Positions 12,326-26,600 of a stretch of 64,000 bases of DNA are shown piece by piece (position 1 is the first letter of the stretch; every line of letters starts with the position of its first letter). The stretch spans positions 3,534,001-3,598,000 of the forward strand of contig NC_052167.1 in NCBI RefSeq assembly GCF_902713615.1, written 5' to 3'. Position numbers and translations under genes: made by a program. The DNA comes from Scyliorhinus canicula. Its lineage: Eukaryota. The notes under the pieces were generated by a model. That model made no database searches. It was not told where the DNA came from and was given only the letters and a program-made list of their open reading frames with translations.

Positions 12326-13479
12326 AAGTGTCTCTCCTTAAATCCAACCAATAACCATTTTGCATCATTTTGTTTTTAAGGCAAATACAGGTAGATTTTT
12401 AGGGTGGCATGGTGGGCGCAGTGGTTAACACTGCTGCCTCACGGCACTGAGGATCCAGGGTTCGATCCCGGCTCTGGGTCACTGTCCGTGCGGAGTCCGC
12501 ACATTCTCCCCATGTCTGCAGGAGCCTCACCCACACAACCCAAAAAGATGTGCAGGGTAGGTGCATTGGACACGCTAATTAGGCACGGTAGCACAGCGGT
12601 TAGCACTGTTGCTCATAACTCCAGGTTCCCAGGTCCGATTCCCGGCTTGGGTCACTGTCTGTGCAGAGTCTACACGTTCTCCCCGTGTCTGCATGGGTTT
12701 CCTCCGGGTGCTCCAGTTTCCTCCCACAGTCCAAAGATGTGTAGGATAGGTGGATTGGCCACGCTAAATTATCCCTTAGTGTCTAAAAGGATAGGTGGGG
12801 TTACTGGGTTATGGATAGGATGGAGGTGTGGGCTTAAGTAGAGTGCTCTTTAAAGTGCAGACTTGATGGACTGAATGGCCTCCTTCTGCACTGTAAATTC
12901 TATGATTCTATGATAAATTGCCCCCTAATTGGGAAAAAAGAATTGGGTACTCCAAATGTATTTTTAAAAAAGATAGGGAGATTTTTAAACAGTAAATGAA
13001 TTAAGGGTTATGGTGTGCGGGTGGGTAAGTGGAGTTGAGTCCACAAAAAGATCAGCCATGATCTTATTGACTGGCGATTAACGCCATCGGAGAGAATTAC
13101 TGAAGTGGCCCTGAGGTGGAAACAAATGAGGCTGCTTGCAGTCTTCCGGCCAGAAGTGGCAGCAGAGAGCAGGTCATGTGCCCTGCATGTACACTTGACA
13201 TCAAATGTCCACCAGGTGCGTGCCTTTGGCGTCAAATCACTGAGCGGAGTTGCTTCCAATTTACATCTTCTGGCAAGCAAGGCAAGTGAACTGTGTAGAT
13301 GCATGGTTTCCTTAAATGTAAGAGACTCAAATAGGCAGTTTACCTATTGGACAGGCTCTCCCAATAGAATCTGCTGGAGAGAGCTGCCCAGGAGAGTTCA
13401 TGGCCAGACAGAGTAATGTTAGCTTTGTACAGAGTCCAGGGCCACTGATTAACAGCCTACAAAGAAGAAACTTAACTCA

Positions 13480-14628
<1,149 letters not shown>

Positions 14629-16507
14629 AGATTGTGAAGACCAAGCAGGCTCCGCTTTCCCATTGAAGGTAAGCAAATGTGGCATGGGTCCTGAAGGTTG
14701 GCCAGTTGACAAAATATGGGTTGAGTTTCTCCAGCATTTTATGTTCCTGTGTCAGATTCCAGCATCCGAAGTAAGTTGCTTTTATATTCGGACAACCTGA
14801 GGATAGACATGCTGAACGACTAATGGAAGGAGAATAAGAAATGGAGCATGAGGTTATGTGATAAAACCTCCCAAGAATATATTCAGCCAGAATTAGCAAC
14901 ATTAGAATGGAATGGGGGTGGAGGTGTGAAGAGTTAGCATGTCTTTTCAAACAAAGATGGGCAGGACTGTAGTGTGGAGTTCCCAAAAAGTTTGGAATAC
15001 TCATGAAATTCCACGTGTAAAATGAAATTTGACTTGCTCGATCACTATAAAGTGAAAGTCCTTTTCTTGTGGTAACCCACCAGAGCTGAAAGAGGACCCC
15101 TCCCCCATTCCCATCACAACCAACTTTAGTCACACCTTGCACTCCAGCATGGTACCATAGATGCCACCCCCAGGAATTATCTGGGGGTCTGGTGTTGGTT
15201 CTGACATTTGCAATAACTGAAAACAGATGCTACAGAGCTCGTGTATACTTGTGCTTCTCACAGTCTTGGGACAGCGTGTGCCGCTGCTGATGAAGTACAT
15301 TTTGAGGCATAGTCACTAATATATTGCAGGAAATATGGCAAGCTAATTTGTGCACAGCAAGCTCCCACAAAAAACAAGAAGCTAAATCACCGGTTATCCT
15401 GTTTCAGTGGCACTGGTTGGTAGGGAAATGTTGATGAGGATATTTGGGGAGAACGCCCTTACTCTTCCAACAGATCTTTTACATCTTCGATTGGGCCTTT
15501 GGTCATCCACAGAAGACCTCAAAAAATCCAACAGTCCTTCAGAAATGCATTTGAGCCATCAGAGCACATTGTGCACTCAAGTCACTAAATTGAAGTTTAA
15601 ACCCATTACTTGCTGGTCACTCAGAGTAAGAAGTGTGTTATAAATAGTATGCACTCGTGGTTGGAAGTAGATTGCAAATAGCTCAGTTTCCGTGGGAAAC
15701 ATCCAAACCGCTAATTTTCAATGCGTGGGCTCAGTTGCATCTTAAAGTTACGAACCAGCACATAAGATTACAAGTAGAAAGAGGAAGTGGCCATAAAGCC
15801 CCTCGAGTTTAAGGTTATGGCTGATTTTCTACCTGAAAGCCACCCTCCCATCCTATTGCCCAATCCCTCAATTCCCCTAATGTTCAAAACTCTATAGGAT
15901 GGAGACTTCAATATACTCAGTGACTGAGCACCCACTGCCCTCTGGGGTAGAGAATGCCAAAGATTCACAGTGAACACATTTCTCCTCATTTTAGACCTAA
16001 ATGATTGGTCCCCTCTCCTCAGACAATGACCCCGACCTCTAGACCCTCCTACCAGAGGTGAAACACCTTCTCAGCATCTACCCTGTCAAGCTTCTAAAAC
16101 CTTTGTACATTTCAATGAGATCAACTCTCATTCTTCAAAACTTGGAATCACAGAATCTTTACAATGCAGAAGGAGGCCATTCAGCCCATCGAATATAGAC
16201 CTCTTCTACTCAATCGCTCTACATAGGACAGCGCTTTCGTTGCAGGATTCTAGTTAGCCCAGAAGAACACCAGCATCAATCACGCCTGCTCAGGGGGCAG
16301 CACAGTGGTTAGCATTGTTGCCTCATGGCACCTAGGACCGGATTCGATCCCGGCCCCGGGTAACTGTCCGAGTGGAGTTTGCACCCCCCCCCCCCCCCGT
16401 CTGTGTGGGGAGACCCCCACAATGCAAAGATGTGTAGGGTAGGAGGATTGGCCACGCTAAATTACCCCTTAATTGGAAAACAAAATCTAGCCTGCTCAAT
16501 CAATATA

Positions 16508-16855
16508 GTGGTGGCTTAGTGGCATTGTCACTGGACTAGTAATCCAGAGACCCAGGGTAATGCCCTGGGCATCCAGGTTAGCATCCCACCATGGCAGACG
16601 GTGGAACCTGAATCCAAAAACAAAAAATCTGGAATTCAAAGTCTAATGGAAACCATTATCAATTGTCACAAAATCCATTGGGTTCACTAACGTCCTTTAG
16701 GGAAGGAAATCTGCTGGCTTTACCTGGTCTGGCTGACACGTGACTCCAGATCCACAGCAATGTGGTCGACTCTGAAATGGCCCCAGCAAGCGACTTAGTT
16801 CAAGGGTAATTAGGGATGAGCACCAAAGGCTAACGATGCCCACATCCTATGAAAT
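16508..16855 (+). mobile_element. Older tRNA-SINE family (others at ~17575-18075, 21430-21715, 28315-28650)
   Basis: Recurrent core GGTTCACTAATGTCCTTTAGGGAAGGAAATCTGC and tail resembling GGGATGGGCAATAAATGCTG. Confidence 0.75.
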
Positions 16856-18134
16856 AATTTCAAAAAAATCCTTGCTGCAAAATCTCAGTAATGGACTGGA
16901 CTGCGTGGATTATGTGGTTGTATACCAGAGGGGTGCTTGAACCACCCACAACTTTCTGACATTAACTGAGTCAAACCGATATCATCACTGGTCTGCGTTT
17001 GTACGGCTACCAGGCTAACATTGGTTGGCAAGAAAATAGAGTAATTGATTTTCCAGTCAGTGACGACCGTTCTGGCAGTCACTGCCAGATAGTACTACGA
17101 AGAAAGTAGCATTTGCAACTTTCGTTACCTGCAGTAGTGCAGGCTTGAGTCCGAAACTCCCAGGCCTGAATTCCAGGGCTCAGGGAATGATGTGCTGTAT
17201 GGTAAAAGATTCTGCTCTTTGAAGGTTGTGTCTGTCCTGGTGGATACCAGAGATCCCATTTTACAAAGGAGCAGGAAGATGCCTCAGTAACATTTCTCCA
17301 TCAACAAATACCCTCCAAAATACTCTTTTAAAAAAACTAAATTTAAGAGTACCCAATTAATTTTCTTTCCAATTAAGGGGCAATTTAGCGTGGCCAATCC
17401 ACCTACCCTGCACGTCATTGGGTTGTGGGGATGGGACCTACGCAGACACGGGGCAAACTCCACACTGACAGGGACCGATCGAACCTGGGTCCTCGGCGCC
17501 GTGAGGCAGCAGTGCTAACCATTTCACCACCTTGCCACCCAATGGAAATCCTTTATAAAAGTTCCAATATTTGGGAAGATGGTGGTCACCGGATAGTACC
17601 CCGAGCCCCAGACTAATGCTCTGGGGGCCGGGGTTCAAGTCCCACTACGGCAGTTTTGGAACTTAAATTTGATGAATAGATGGGCTATAAAGCTAGTCTC
17701 GGTAATGGTGACCACAAAACTATCAATTGCTCCAAAGATCCATCGGGATGTAGTGTGAGGAACCTATTCAAGCAGCGAGTGGTAATGACCTGGAACTCCC
17801 TGCCTGTGGAGGCGGAGACATCGAATGATTTCAAAAGATATTATTGAGGGAAATAGAATACGTAGGCCACGGAGATAGAACGAAGGAATAGGCTGGAGCC
17901 TGGTATGAATGCGATGGGCCCAATGGCTGCCTTCTCTGACGTAACGACTCTATAACCTGCAGCAGTGTGGTTGACTTAACTGCCCTCTGGAATGGCCTAG
18001 CGAGCTACTCGGTTCTAGGATAATTGGGGATGGGCAACAAATGCTGCCCTCGTCAGCGATACCCGCATCATGGAATAATGTTTAAAATTCTACTCTTTCA
18101 GAATTTTAGTCAAGGCAATGGAAACTAAATACGC

Positions 18135-20509
18135 AAAGGTATATAATTCTGTTTATTTCAAATAAAGCAATGATTTATAATACATTTATACATGTTGCAG
18201 GTTATCTTTCTACCAGATAGACGATGATTAGAAGGGAGGGTAAGAACAGTTTTGTTTCCAAGAATGTGTTGGCGAATGCATCAGATTGGCAAAGAGCTAA
18301 AGCAGTCACCAATACCCTCTCAAACAGTGGAGAACAATGACTACAAACATGTAGAACTGCAATAACAAAGTAATACTGCAGGGCGTACAGTACCAACCTG
18401 TTGTTAGACCTGAAAGTTTTAGGGAGAAGGGGGAAAGAAAATGTCAACTTTTGCATTCGGTGCCGAGGATATGGGCAAGTCCCCAGACTGTACCAACGAT
18501 AATTGCCCTCGGAAGGGATTAATTCCCCTCAGGGGAAACACCACCCTTCTCCTGGGGCAAGCAAAACATTTTCTTTACCCCAATCAGAGCCAACAATTGT
18601 TTTAACAAAAAAAAAGTGTACAAGGCTGGATGCGAGTAAACAAAATATAACATTCCCATTAATTGGCTTCTACTGTATTCCCATTCCATTAAGCACTGCG
18701 TCTTTGTCTGGTTTTGCCACAGAGGAGAACAGCTAGTTTGGCTTAGCAAGAAAGCCATTTACTCCTGGGCTGGGAAAAGGTGCAATTTCTAATTCAAGCG
18801 TGAAATAAAACGGCTACACAGAATGCCTCCATTCTTTCAATAGGTTTGAGAGAATATCACCATTCTAAGCAACAGACAAAAGCTTATAGAGAAGCAAACC
18901 CCCACCCCCCCAAAAAAAAATAGCAATATATAGTGTTGATTGGCCACTGCTTTAATTTCTCAGGGGGAAAGACTGTTTGTTCGCTGTCCACATCAAATGA
19001 TAATGCTGCTCAATTTCACATCATAAGCATATCCACATCAATGAACAGAAATTCAAAGTTTCCCTGTTCAATCCACACCCACAGTTAAATACCGTTAACG
19101 TGTAAACCATTAAAACGCAAATGTAAAACAGTCCCCCATGTTACGCGGTTTGCATTATGTCGCCACGATCACGATAAAAGCACCAACTGTACAAATCAGT
19201 TTGTATTTTAGAAAAGCTTTCCAATAGAAAGTGTGCATGGAGTTGTGCAATTCGCCCAAATGTCAGCCAATCCCTCAGAAGGAATTCCCACTACAAATTC
19301 GTGGTGTTACCAAGCTTGTATCAAATTATTTGAAATGCCTCGCTAAGTCACGTGTAAACCGCGACGCCACACTGCACCCCATCCACCCGTGACTCACTTT
19401 GTGCATTTTCCCACTCCCAAAGTTCTTCCGTGCCAAACAGAGAAAAGAAATCTTATCGACCGGGACATCATTCAGTCAGAAAGTTAAATCTCTAAATTCA
19501 CAAAAAAAAATATACAGTATTTTCTGATTTTTCCATTATTTAAGAGGAAAAGAAAACAGGGGTGCAGGTTTCAGGAGAGGGTGAAATAACCTGGTGTGAT
19601 TAAAAGCTTGGCAGAGGTACCCAGCCTGTACGATACACTGAGACAATAACCGCAGGAGGACTGATACCCAAAATAATTAGGCAAATTAGCTACACATTTA
19701 TAAATCATCAACAGGATTGTAACCAGTCCAGATACACTAACGTACCGTCAAATGCTAACGTCATGCATTTGAAGAGCACATCCCACCTAGCGTAAACTGG
19801 TAGCTGAAAGAGCTTTCACACAACAGGTCTCACATCCTCATCTCATAGCAAATACATGAAACAGAATCGACACAGTTTTGCTGGCCACATTTGAACTCAC
19901 CCTGTTCAAACTCACCCTCAAACTGTTCAAAACTTTCACAGAAATGGCTCTGGAGACAAATCCCCGTGTGAGTTTACACAAAGGCAGGTGAGAATTTTTT
20001 TTGGACATGTGAATGATATTTAGACTACCAGTAGATTTGGCTACATTTTTTTTGAACAGTCGCTGATATATTCCATCCACAAATTCTTGTGAATCAGGGC
20101 CAAGGGGGTGGTGGGTTGGGGGGGGGGGGGAAGAGAAGAGAGAGACATATATCTGGACAGCTTCAAGGACTACCGTTCATCTCAAAAATAGGGGCACCGC
20201 AAAAGTAAAAAACAATTCATACATTTCTGGGGCTGTTGCACAGCCTAATTCAAGTGTGAATCCTCAGCCAACATTTATGCAAGAGCTGTAAAAAGGTTTC
20301 ACTTGCAAAGGTAGCTCCGATTTTGATCTAGATACAAGTACCCAACTGAAAATCACGTTTAAAGACGCAGATTAATTCTTTCCTGGTTGGCATTGCGATC
20401 TTGTCAAAACGCTGTATGTCCAGTTATTTTAAAAAAATAAAGAAAACAAAAAAATACGCAGACAGCTGCAAACTAGTTCAGTCCAGAGTGGCATCGTTTT
20501 GTCTCAAGT
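18135..20509 (-). other. SAR1A: Probable SAR1A 3' UTR (~2.4 kb) with AATAAA at 18157..18152
   Basis: A repeat-free, U-rich stretch follows the stop codon and ends at a minus-strand AATAAA, where SINE-rich sequence resumes. Confidence 0.65.
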
Positions 20510-20626
20510 TCAGTCAATATATTGCGAAAGCCAGCGAAATCCTTCTCCATAACCCTGGCGCTTCAGCACACTGCACATAAACACCTCGAGTGGCCGGGTG
20601 TTTAATTCCTTCAGTGGCACAGTCCC
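20510..20626 (-). CDS. SAR1A: SAR1A last coding exon
   Basis: Translates [41 protein letters not shown]. 117 nt. Confidence 0.96.
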   Translation of the reverse strand, partial: GTVPLKELNTRPLEVFMCSVLKRQGYGEGFRWLSQYID

Positions 20627-23600
20627 CTGGAACAGAGCAACAAGGAAATTTAATTGCCTCAGAACATGCGGGACAGGCTCGATTCAAGTTACTTGTAAAC
20701 AAGGCGAATCAGGAAAACAATGACCACCACCACCCCTTCACCGCAACCTGACCACTTTCAGCCACAAATCAGTCACCAAACAGCTCTTTAGGGAGTAGCT
20801 GGTTTGATTTTAATGTGCAGTGTCAAGTATTACTGGGATTGTATTGACACTAATAAAATTATAGGGTGGGTTACTGGGCCACAAATGCACATTCGTGAAT
20901 TACAGTGTGAACCACGTTAATTAAAAAATTTACAGTTCCCAACTCTTTTGTTTTCCAATTAAGGGGCAATTTAGCGTGGCCAATCCACCCACCCTGCACA
21001 TCTTTGGGTTGTAGGGGTGAGACCCACGCAGACACGGGGAGAATGTGCAAACTCCACACGGACTGTGACCCGAGGAACCACATTAATAACAAGTCTAATC
21101 CAATTTGTAACCTGCAGTATCCTAAATTTCTAGTCTTTTTTTTGCTTCTTTTTAAAAATAAATTAAGAGTATCCAATTAATTTTTTTTCCAATTAAGGGG
21201 CAATTTAGTGTGTTCAATCCACCTAACCTGCACATCTTTGGGTTGTGGGGGCGAAACCCACACAAACACGGGGAGAATGGGCAAACTCCACATGGACAGT
21301 GACCCAGTCGGGATCGAATCTGGGACCTCGGCGCCGTGAGATTGCAGTGCTAACCACTGCGCCACCGTGCTGCCTTAAAGTTCTAGTCTAACATGCCACT
21401 ATGAGGGCAGCACGGTGGTCAGCATTGCTGTTCAAATCCCACCATGACAGATGGTGAAATTTGAATTCAATACAAATCTGGAATTCAAAGTCCAATGACG
21501 ACCAAGAAACCCATTGTGGATTGTCATTAAAACCCATCTGGTTCACTAATGTCCTTTAGGGAAGGTACTCTGCCATCCTTACACCCCCCGGTCTGGCCTA
21601 TACGTGACTCCAGATCTACAGCAATGTGATTGGCTCAGAAATGGCCGAGCAAATGACTCAGTTCAAGGCTTTTAGGATGGGCAATAAATGCTGTACCACA
21701 TACCATGAACAAATGTTTTAAAAAACCTGCCATAATGTATGCTTGGTAACTTTGCATTTCCACCATGTATTCACAAGATGCATGGATGGTGTGAATTAAA
21801 GACTTGGTTGACAAACTGGAATTCTTGCCAAGATGTGCCCATCACTTTGTTTTGCCTTTGTGCCTGAAATTTGGAGAATTGGCCACGTGCACACAAGCTC
21901 AGAACTGCATTCTTGAAAACAGAATTAGAATCCTTATTGCTTCAGTTTCTTTAGGTGTCGAGTTCCGAGTAAACTTTCAGACCTCCACCATTGCTTGCGT
22001 AAGCTGACTGCAAGGACATTCACAAGGGTGGTGGAATTACAAGACCATTAGCTTTTACTGGTAGAGGGATTGAGCTTCGGAGCCATGAAGTCATGTTGCA
22101 GCTGTACAAAATTCTGGTGCGGCCGCATTTGGAGTATTCCGTGCAGTTCTGGTCGCCGCATTATAGGAAGGATGTGGAAGCATTGGAAAGGGTACAGAGA
22201 TTTACCAGGATGTTGCCTGTATGGAGGGAAGATCTTATGAGGAAAGGCTGAGGGACTTGAAGCTGTTTTCGTTAGAGAAAAGGTTAAGAGGTGACTTAAT
22301 AGAGGCATACAAGATGATCAGAGGATTAGATAGGGTGGACAGTGAGAGCCTTTTTCCTTGGATGGTGATGGCTAGCACGAGGGGACATAACTTTAAATTG
22401 AGGGGAGATAGATATAGGACAGATGTCAGAGGTAGGTTCTTTACTCAGAGAGTAGCAAGTGTGTGGAATGCCCTGCCTGCAACAGTAGTGAACTCGCCAA
22501 CATTAAGGGCATTTAAATAGTAATTGGATAAACATATGGATGATAATGGTATAGTGTAGACGGGCTTTAGATTGGTTTCACAGGTCGGCGCAACATCGAG
22601 GGCCGAAGGGCCTGCACTGGGCTCTAATGTTCATTTAGCCCTTCCGGCTCACTTCACCTTTCAATGAGATCGTGGCTGGTCTTCTATCTCAGCACCATTT
22701 TCCTGCACTATCCCTGTATCCCTTGGAGTTTTTAACCTGCAGAAATGATGGCAGGAATGCGGTCTCCTGTTCCTCTTAGAACACAGCTGAGATTGGACCT
22801 GGTAACACTGAAAGGAGCAAGTAGGAAGAAAGTGAACCTATTCAGGAGGCAGTGAAGCATTGAGACAGCCAATGGATTACTTCTGAAGTGCAGCTGTTCG
22901 GACTACAACTTGCATCCAATCGCAGCCCCTTCAACATAGTAAATCACCTCATCGGAGCGTCAGCAAACAGAATTTGGGACACTGGGCCAGGAAATAGGTT
23001 TTAGGTCTGGTCAAACTAATAGGTTTTAAAGAAAGAATTGGAGCAGGGGAGAGGTAGAAAGGTGGAGAGGTTTGGAAAGGGAATTCCAGAGCTGAGGACC
23101 TAGCCAGATGAAGGTAAAGCCACCAAAGGCGAGGAATCTGGAACGCTTGTGATGTGGAGAAAACACATTACAGCCATTGGCACACGGAGCACATTACCAA
23201 ATGTCAAAGTGATTTACATTATAATCCACCTGAAAACCAGTCTGAGGACGTCTAATTGTCTAATGGAGGTAATTTCCGAGACTGAATAAACGACCGATCA
23301 GCTCTGCTTTTCAAATAGGTCATCAATGGAATCACAGAGTCACTGAACAAAAAACTGGAGCAACCCATTGACCTTCAAACACTGACTTCACAGTGGGCAC
23401 AGAAGGTGGTGTAGTCCCACACACATCAGTGCAGCAATATTGAGGGCATGAATTAACTTCAGCTTACCAGAAGGGTGTTAGCACCGACCACAAGACACCC
23501 AATGTGAGAGAGAGTGAGCCAGTGTGTGGGGGTGGGGTGGAGCCAGCCGACTGCTGACAGTACCACATTCCCAGGTATTGGTCAGGTCACCTGGGAGTTA

Positions 23601-26600
23601 GAACATAGAACAGTACAGCACAGAACAGGCCCTTTGGCCCTCAATGTTGTGCCGAGCCATGATCACCCTACTCAAACCCACGTATCCACCCAACACCCGT
23701 AACCCAACAACCCCCCCCTTAACCTTACTTTTATTAGGACACTACGGGCAATTTAGCATGGCCAATCCACCTAACCCGCACATCTTTGGACTGTGGGAGG
23801 AAACCGGAGCACCTGGAGGAAACCCACGCACACAGGGGGAGGACGTGCAGACTCCACACAGACAGTGACCCAGCCGGGAATCGAACCTGGGACCCTGGAG
23901 CTGTGAAGCATTTATGCTAACCACCATGCTACCGTGCTGCCCCTAAGTTCTCCATTTCCTTCTTCGAACAGTGCCATGGAATCTTTTTTGCCCCAGCAAG
24001 GGCATAGACGGGACCTCAGTTTCGCATCTCATCAGAAGGACGTCACCCCCACTGCACAGAGACTGTTGGCTTGAACTTTTATGCTCATGTCTCTGGAGTG
24101 GAATTTAAACCTGACTGTCGGGCCCAAAGGACGAGTGAGCGCTAGCCATTGAACCACAATCAGAGTATCTAAAAATCCACCCACTTACCATCATGGCAAA
24201 GTCTCCTGCTTTGCAAAATTTTAAAAGTGCATCATTGTCGAAAGGTCAAACAGATGCCAAAGACAGAAACTTGAAAGTTAAGCACCTCTGTCGATGAGAC
24301 TGTAGGTAGATCAAGACAGAGGTGCTTAACTTTCAAGTTGCTAAACAGCTCGATCAGATTGTATCTTCCAATTTAAAAAGCCTCAGTGAACAACCAGTAA
24401 ACTTTCAGCTTTTATTCAGTGCAGAGTTTGACCTAGTTTTACTTTTACTGCGTTCCTACCTCCATATACCTTCCTGACTGATCTGCAGAGTCAGCAGTAA
24501 CAGGAGCTCCTGTGTACTGGCTGCAAATTGCTGTAGGAATGACGCACATGGTGGAGTAAATTTAGCCTCCTCAATCGGTCACCGATGTAGACAACGTCAC
24601 AATTTCCAGGTTAAATTGCCAGTCTGCGCCATTGGGCCAGGAGGAGGAAAACAACCAGAAAGTCAGTGCTCTCTCATTGAGCAGAGAGTCCAGCTCCCTG
24701 CAAAGTGCAGACCGGTGGGTCTGAGGTGAAAGCAGGGTCAGGATCGGCAGTGGCTGCTGACCCTCCCACCAGCTGTCAGAACATCTTGCTAACACACACA
24801 TTCCTTTGAACAAGGTACCAAGCATGTGGGACCATTCCCCAACAAGAATCAGCACTTTCAATCATTTCATTTATTTATTTATTTAAAAAAAAAAGAGAGA
24901 TCTGCACTCCAACGAAGGGCCCATCTGCTAATAGTAAATTACTGTCAGGCGCTCAGTAAAAAAAAAAATATTTCCGTGGAAAATAGACAACTACTTCAGT
25001 GCGGTACTGAGGGAGACCTGCATTGTTAAAAGGTGCGACATTAAATCGAGGCCGCATCTGTATGCTCCAGTGGATGTTTAACTTCCTTCGGCATGGTCCA
25101 AGGAATGTTGGTAGCCATTCTTCCCTCAACCCTTACAATATAGTAGGTTAACTGGTCAATCTGCCAGGTTTCTTTGTGCTTGTGCGAAGGTTGATGATGC
25201 TCTACAAACCGTGGTCTTTCTTTCCTTAACTTTACCTTTCCCGTCGTTTGTCCGTACAGTCCAAAGATTTCTCGAAGCTTCTCCTCACTGATGGCCTCTG
25301 ATCGGTCAATTTTATTACCCAGGATAAGAACGGGAACGTTGGATATTGTTTCATCTGTCATCAATGCCTGGGAGGGCGAGGGGTAGAAAGTGTGAGAGAG
25401 AGAGAGCGAGAGAGAGAGAAAGGGGAGAGGTTTTTACTTCAAAAACATGCTACACATTTGATTGATGGAAACAAAAGTATTAATAAACAGCCTGAGACTG
25501 AAACACAGTTGTCAGCAGCAGTTCATTGCAAAATGAATGACACCAGGCAGCATAACTTGCAAGAGACCAGATCGCCTGTAACACTTCATTTTCGATACGC
25601 TACCAGGCACAGTTAGACATTTCCTATTTGCGTTGTCAGCATCAAATGCATTCTGTAGCTCAGGATCGGTTTTTACAGCTTATTTCTGTGTTCCATTTCC
25701 TTCCTCTGCGATGTTGTCGCTGAAGGATAACGTCACAGGAGATTTAAAGATATGGGATAGGTATGGCAGACTTGTTGTACATAGGAACGAACAGGAGGCA
25801 GTCATTCAGGCCCCTGAGCCTGTTCCACTGCCATTCAATCAGATCATGGTTGACCTGTATTAGAACTCTGTATGGGAATAGAGGGATACAGTCCCCGGAA
25901 GTGTCAAAGATTTTAGCTTCGATGGGCAGGATGGTCGGTGCAGGGTTGGAGGGCTGAAGGACCTGTTCCTGTGCTGTACTTTTCTTTGTTCTTTATACGC
26001 ACTTGAGCTCTTGGGCAGCGATAAGTTGCTCCAATTCTCATGTGTCGCTAACCCCAAGGTGTGAGCTAACAGGAGCACAAAGCAAAAACCACAAGACCCT
26101 AGCTTTGCTGAATTCTACAGCTCAAACAGTCGTGAAGACATCAAGCAGAGGGAGAGGTGGGAGTGATCCCCTTTCACCATTTGGTGCTAAAATGGTCTCA
26201 ATTTTCCAGGAACCCCTCAACATTGTTCAACTTACATCAAGCTCAACTTTGGATTCAGCAAGTCGTGAATGATCTGCACAGTCAACCAGGAAAACAATCC
26301 CATTGATGGCAGGGAGGTAGTTCTTCCAGACACGCCGAGCTGTAAATAACCAGCAACATTTAAATACAATATTAAATATACGACAGTTGCCAACGAATCC
26401 AATGAGAAATTCAGGCCTTCTTCACCCAGAGGCGAAAATTTGAAATTTGCTACCACACGGCAGAGCTGCATATAGCACACATGGATTTCAGGGAAACCGA
26501 GATACATATGGGGAGGGGGGGGGGAAAATAAAGGAATAGAAAGATTTACAGATAGAACGAGATGAAAAGGGATGGGAAGGAGGCTTGTACATGCCATAAA

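Noticed and set aside
11487-12379. Repeat ORFs (GGEEAGPL)n, (SQWSCFLP)n and others
   Set aside because: A 24-bp unit without stops opens multiple frames on both strands. There is no evidence of coding function.
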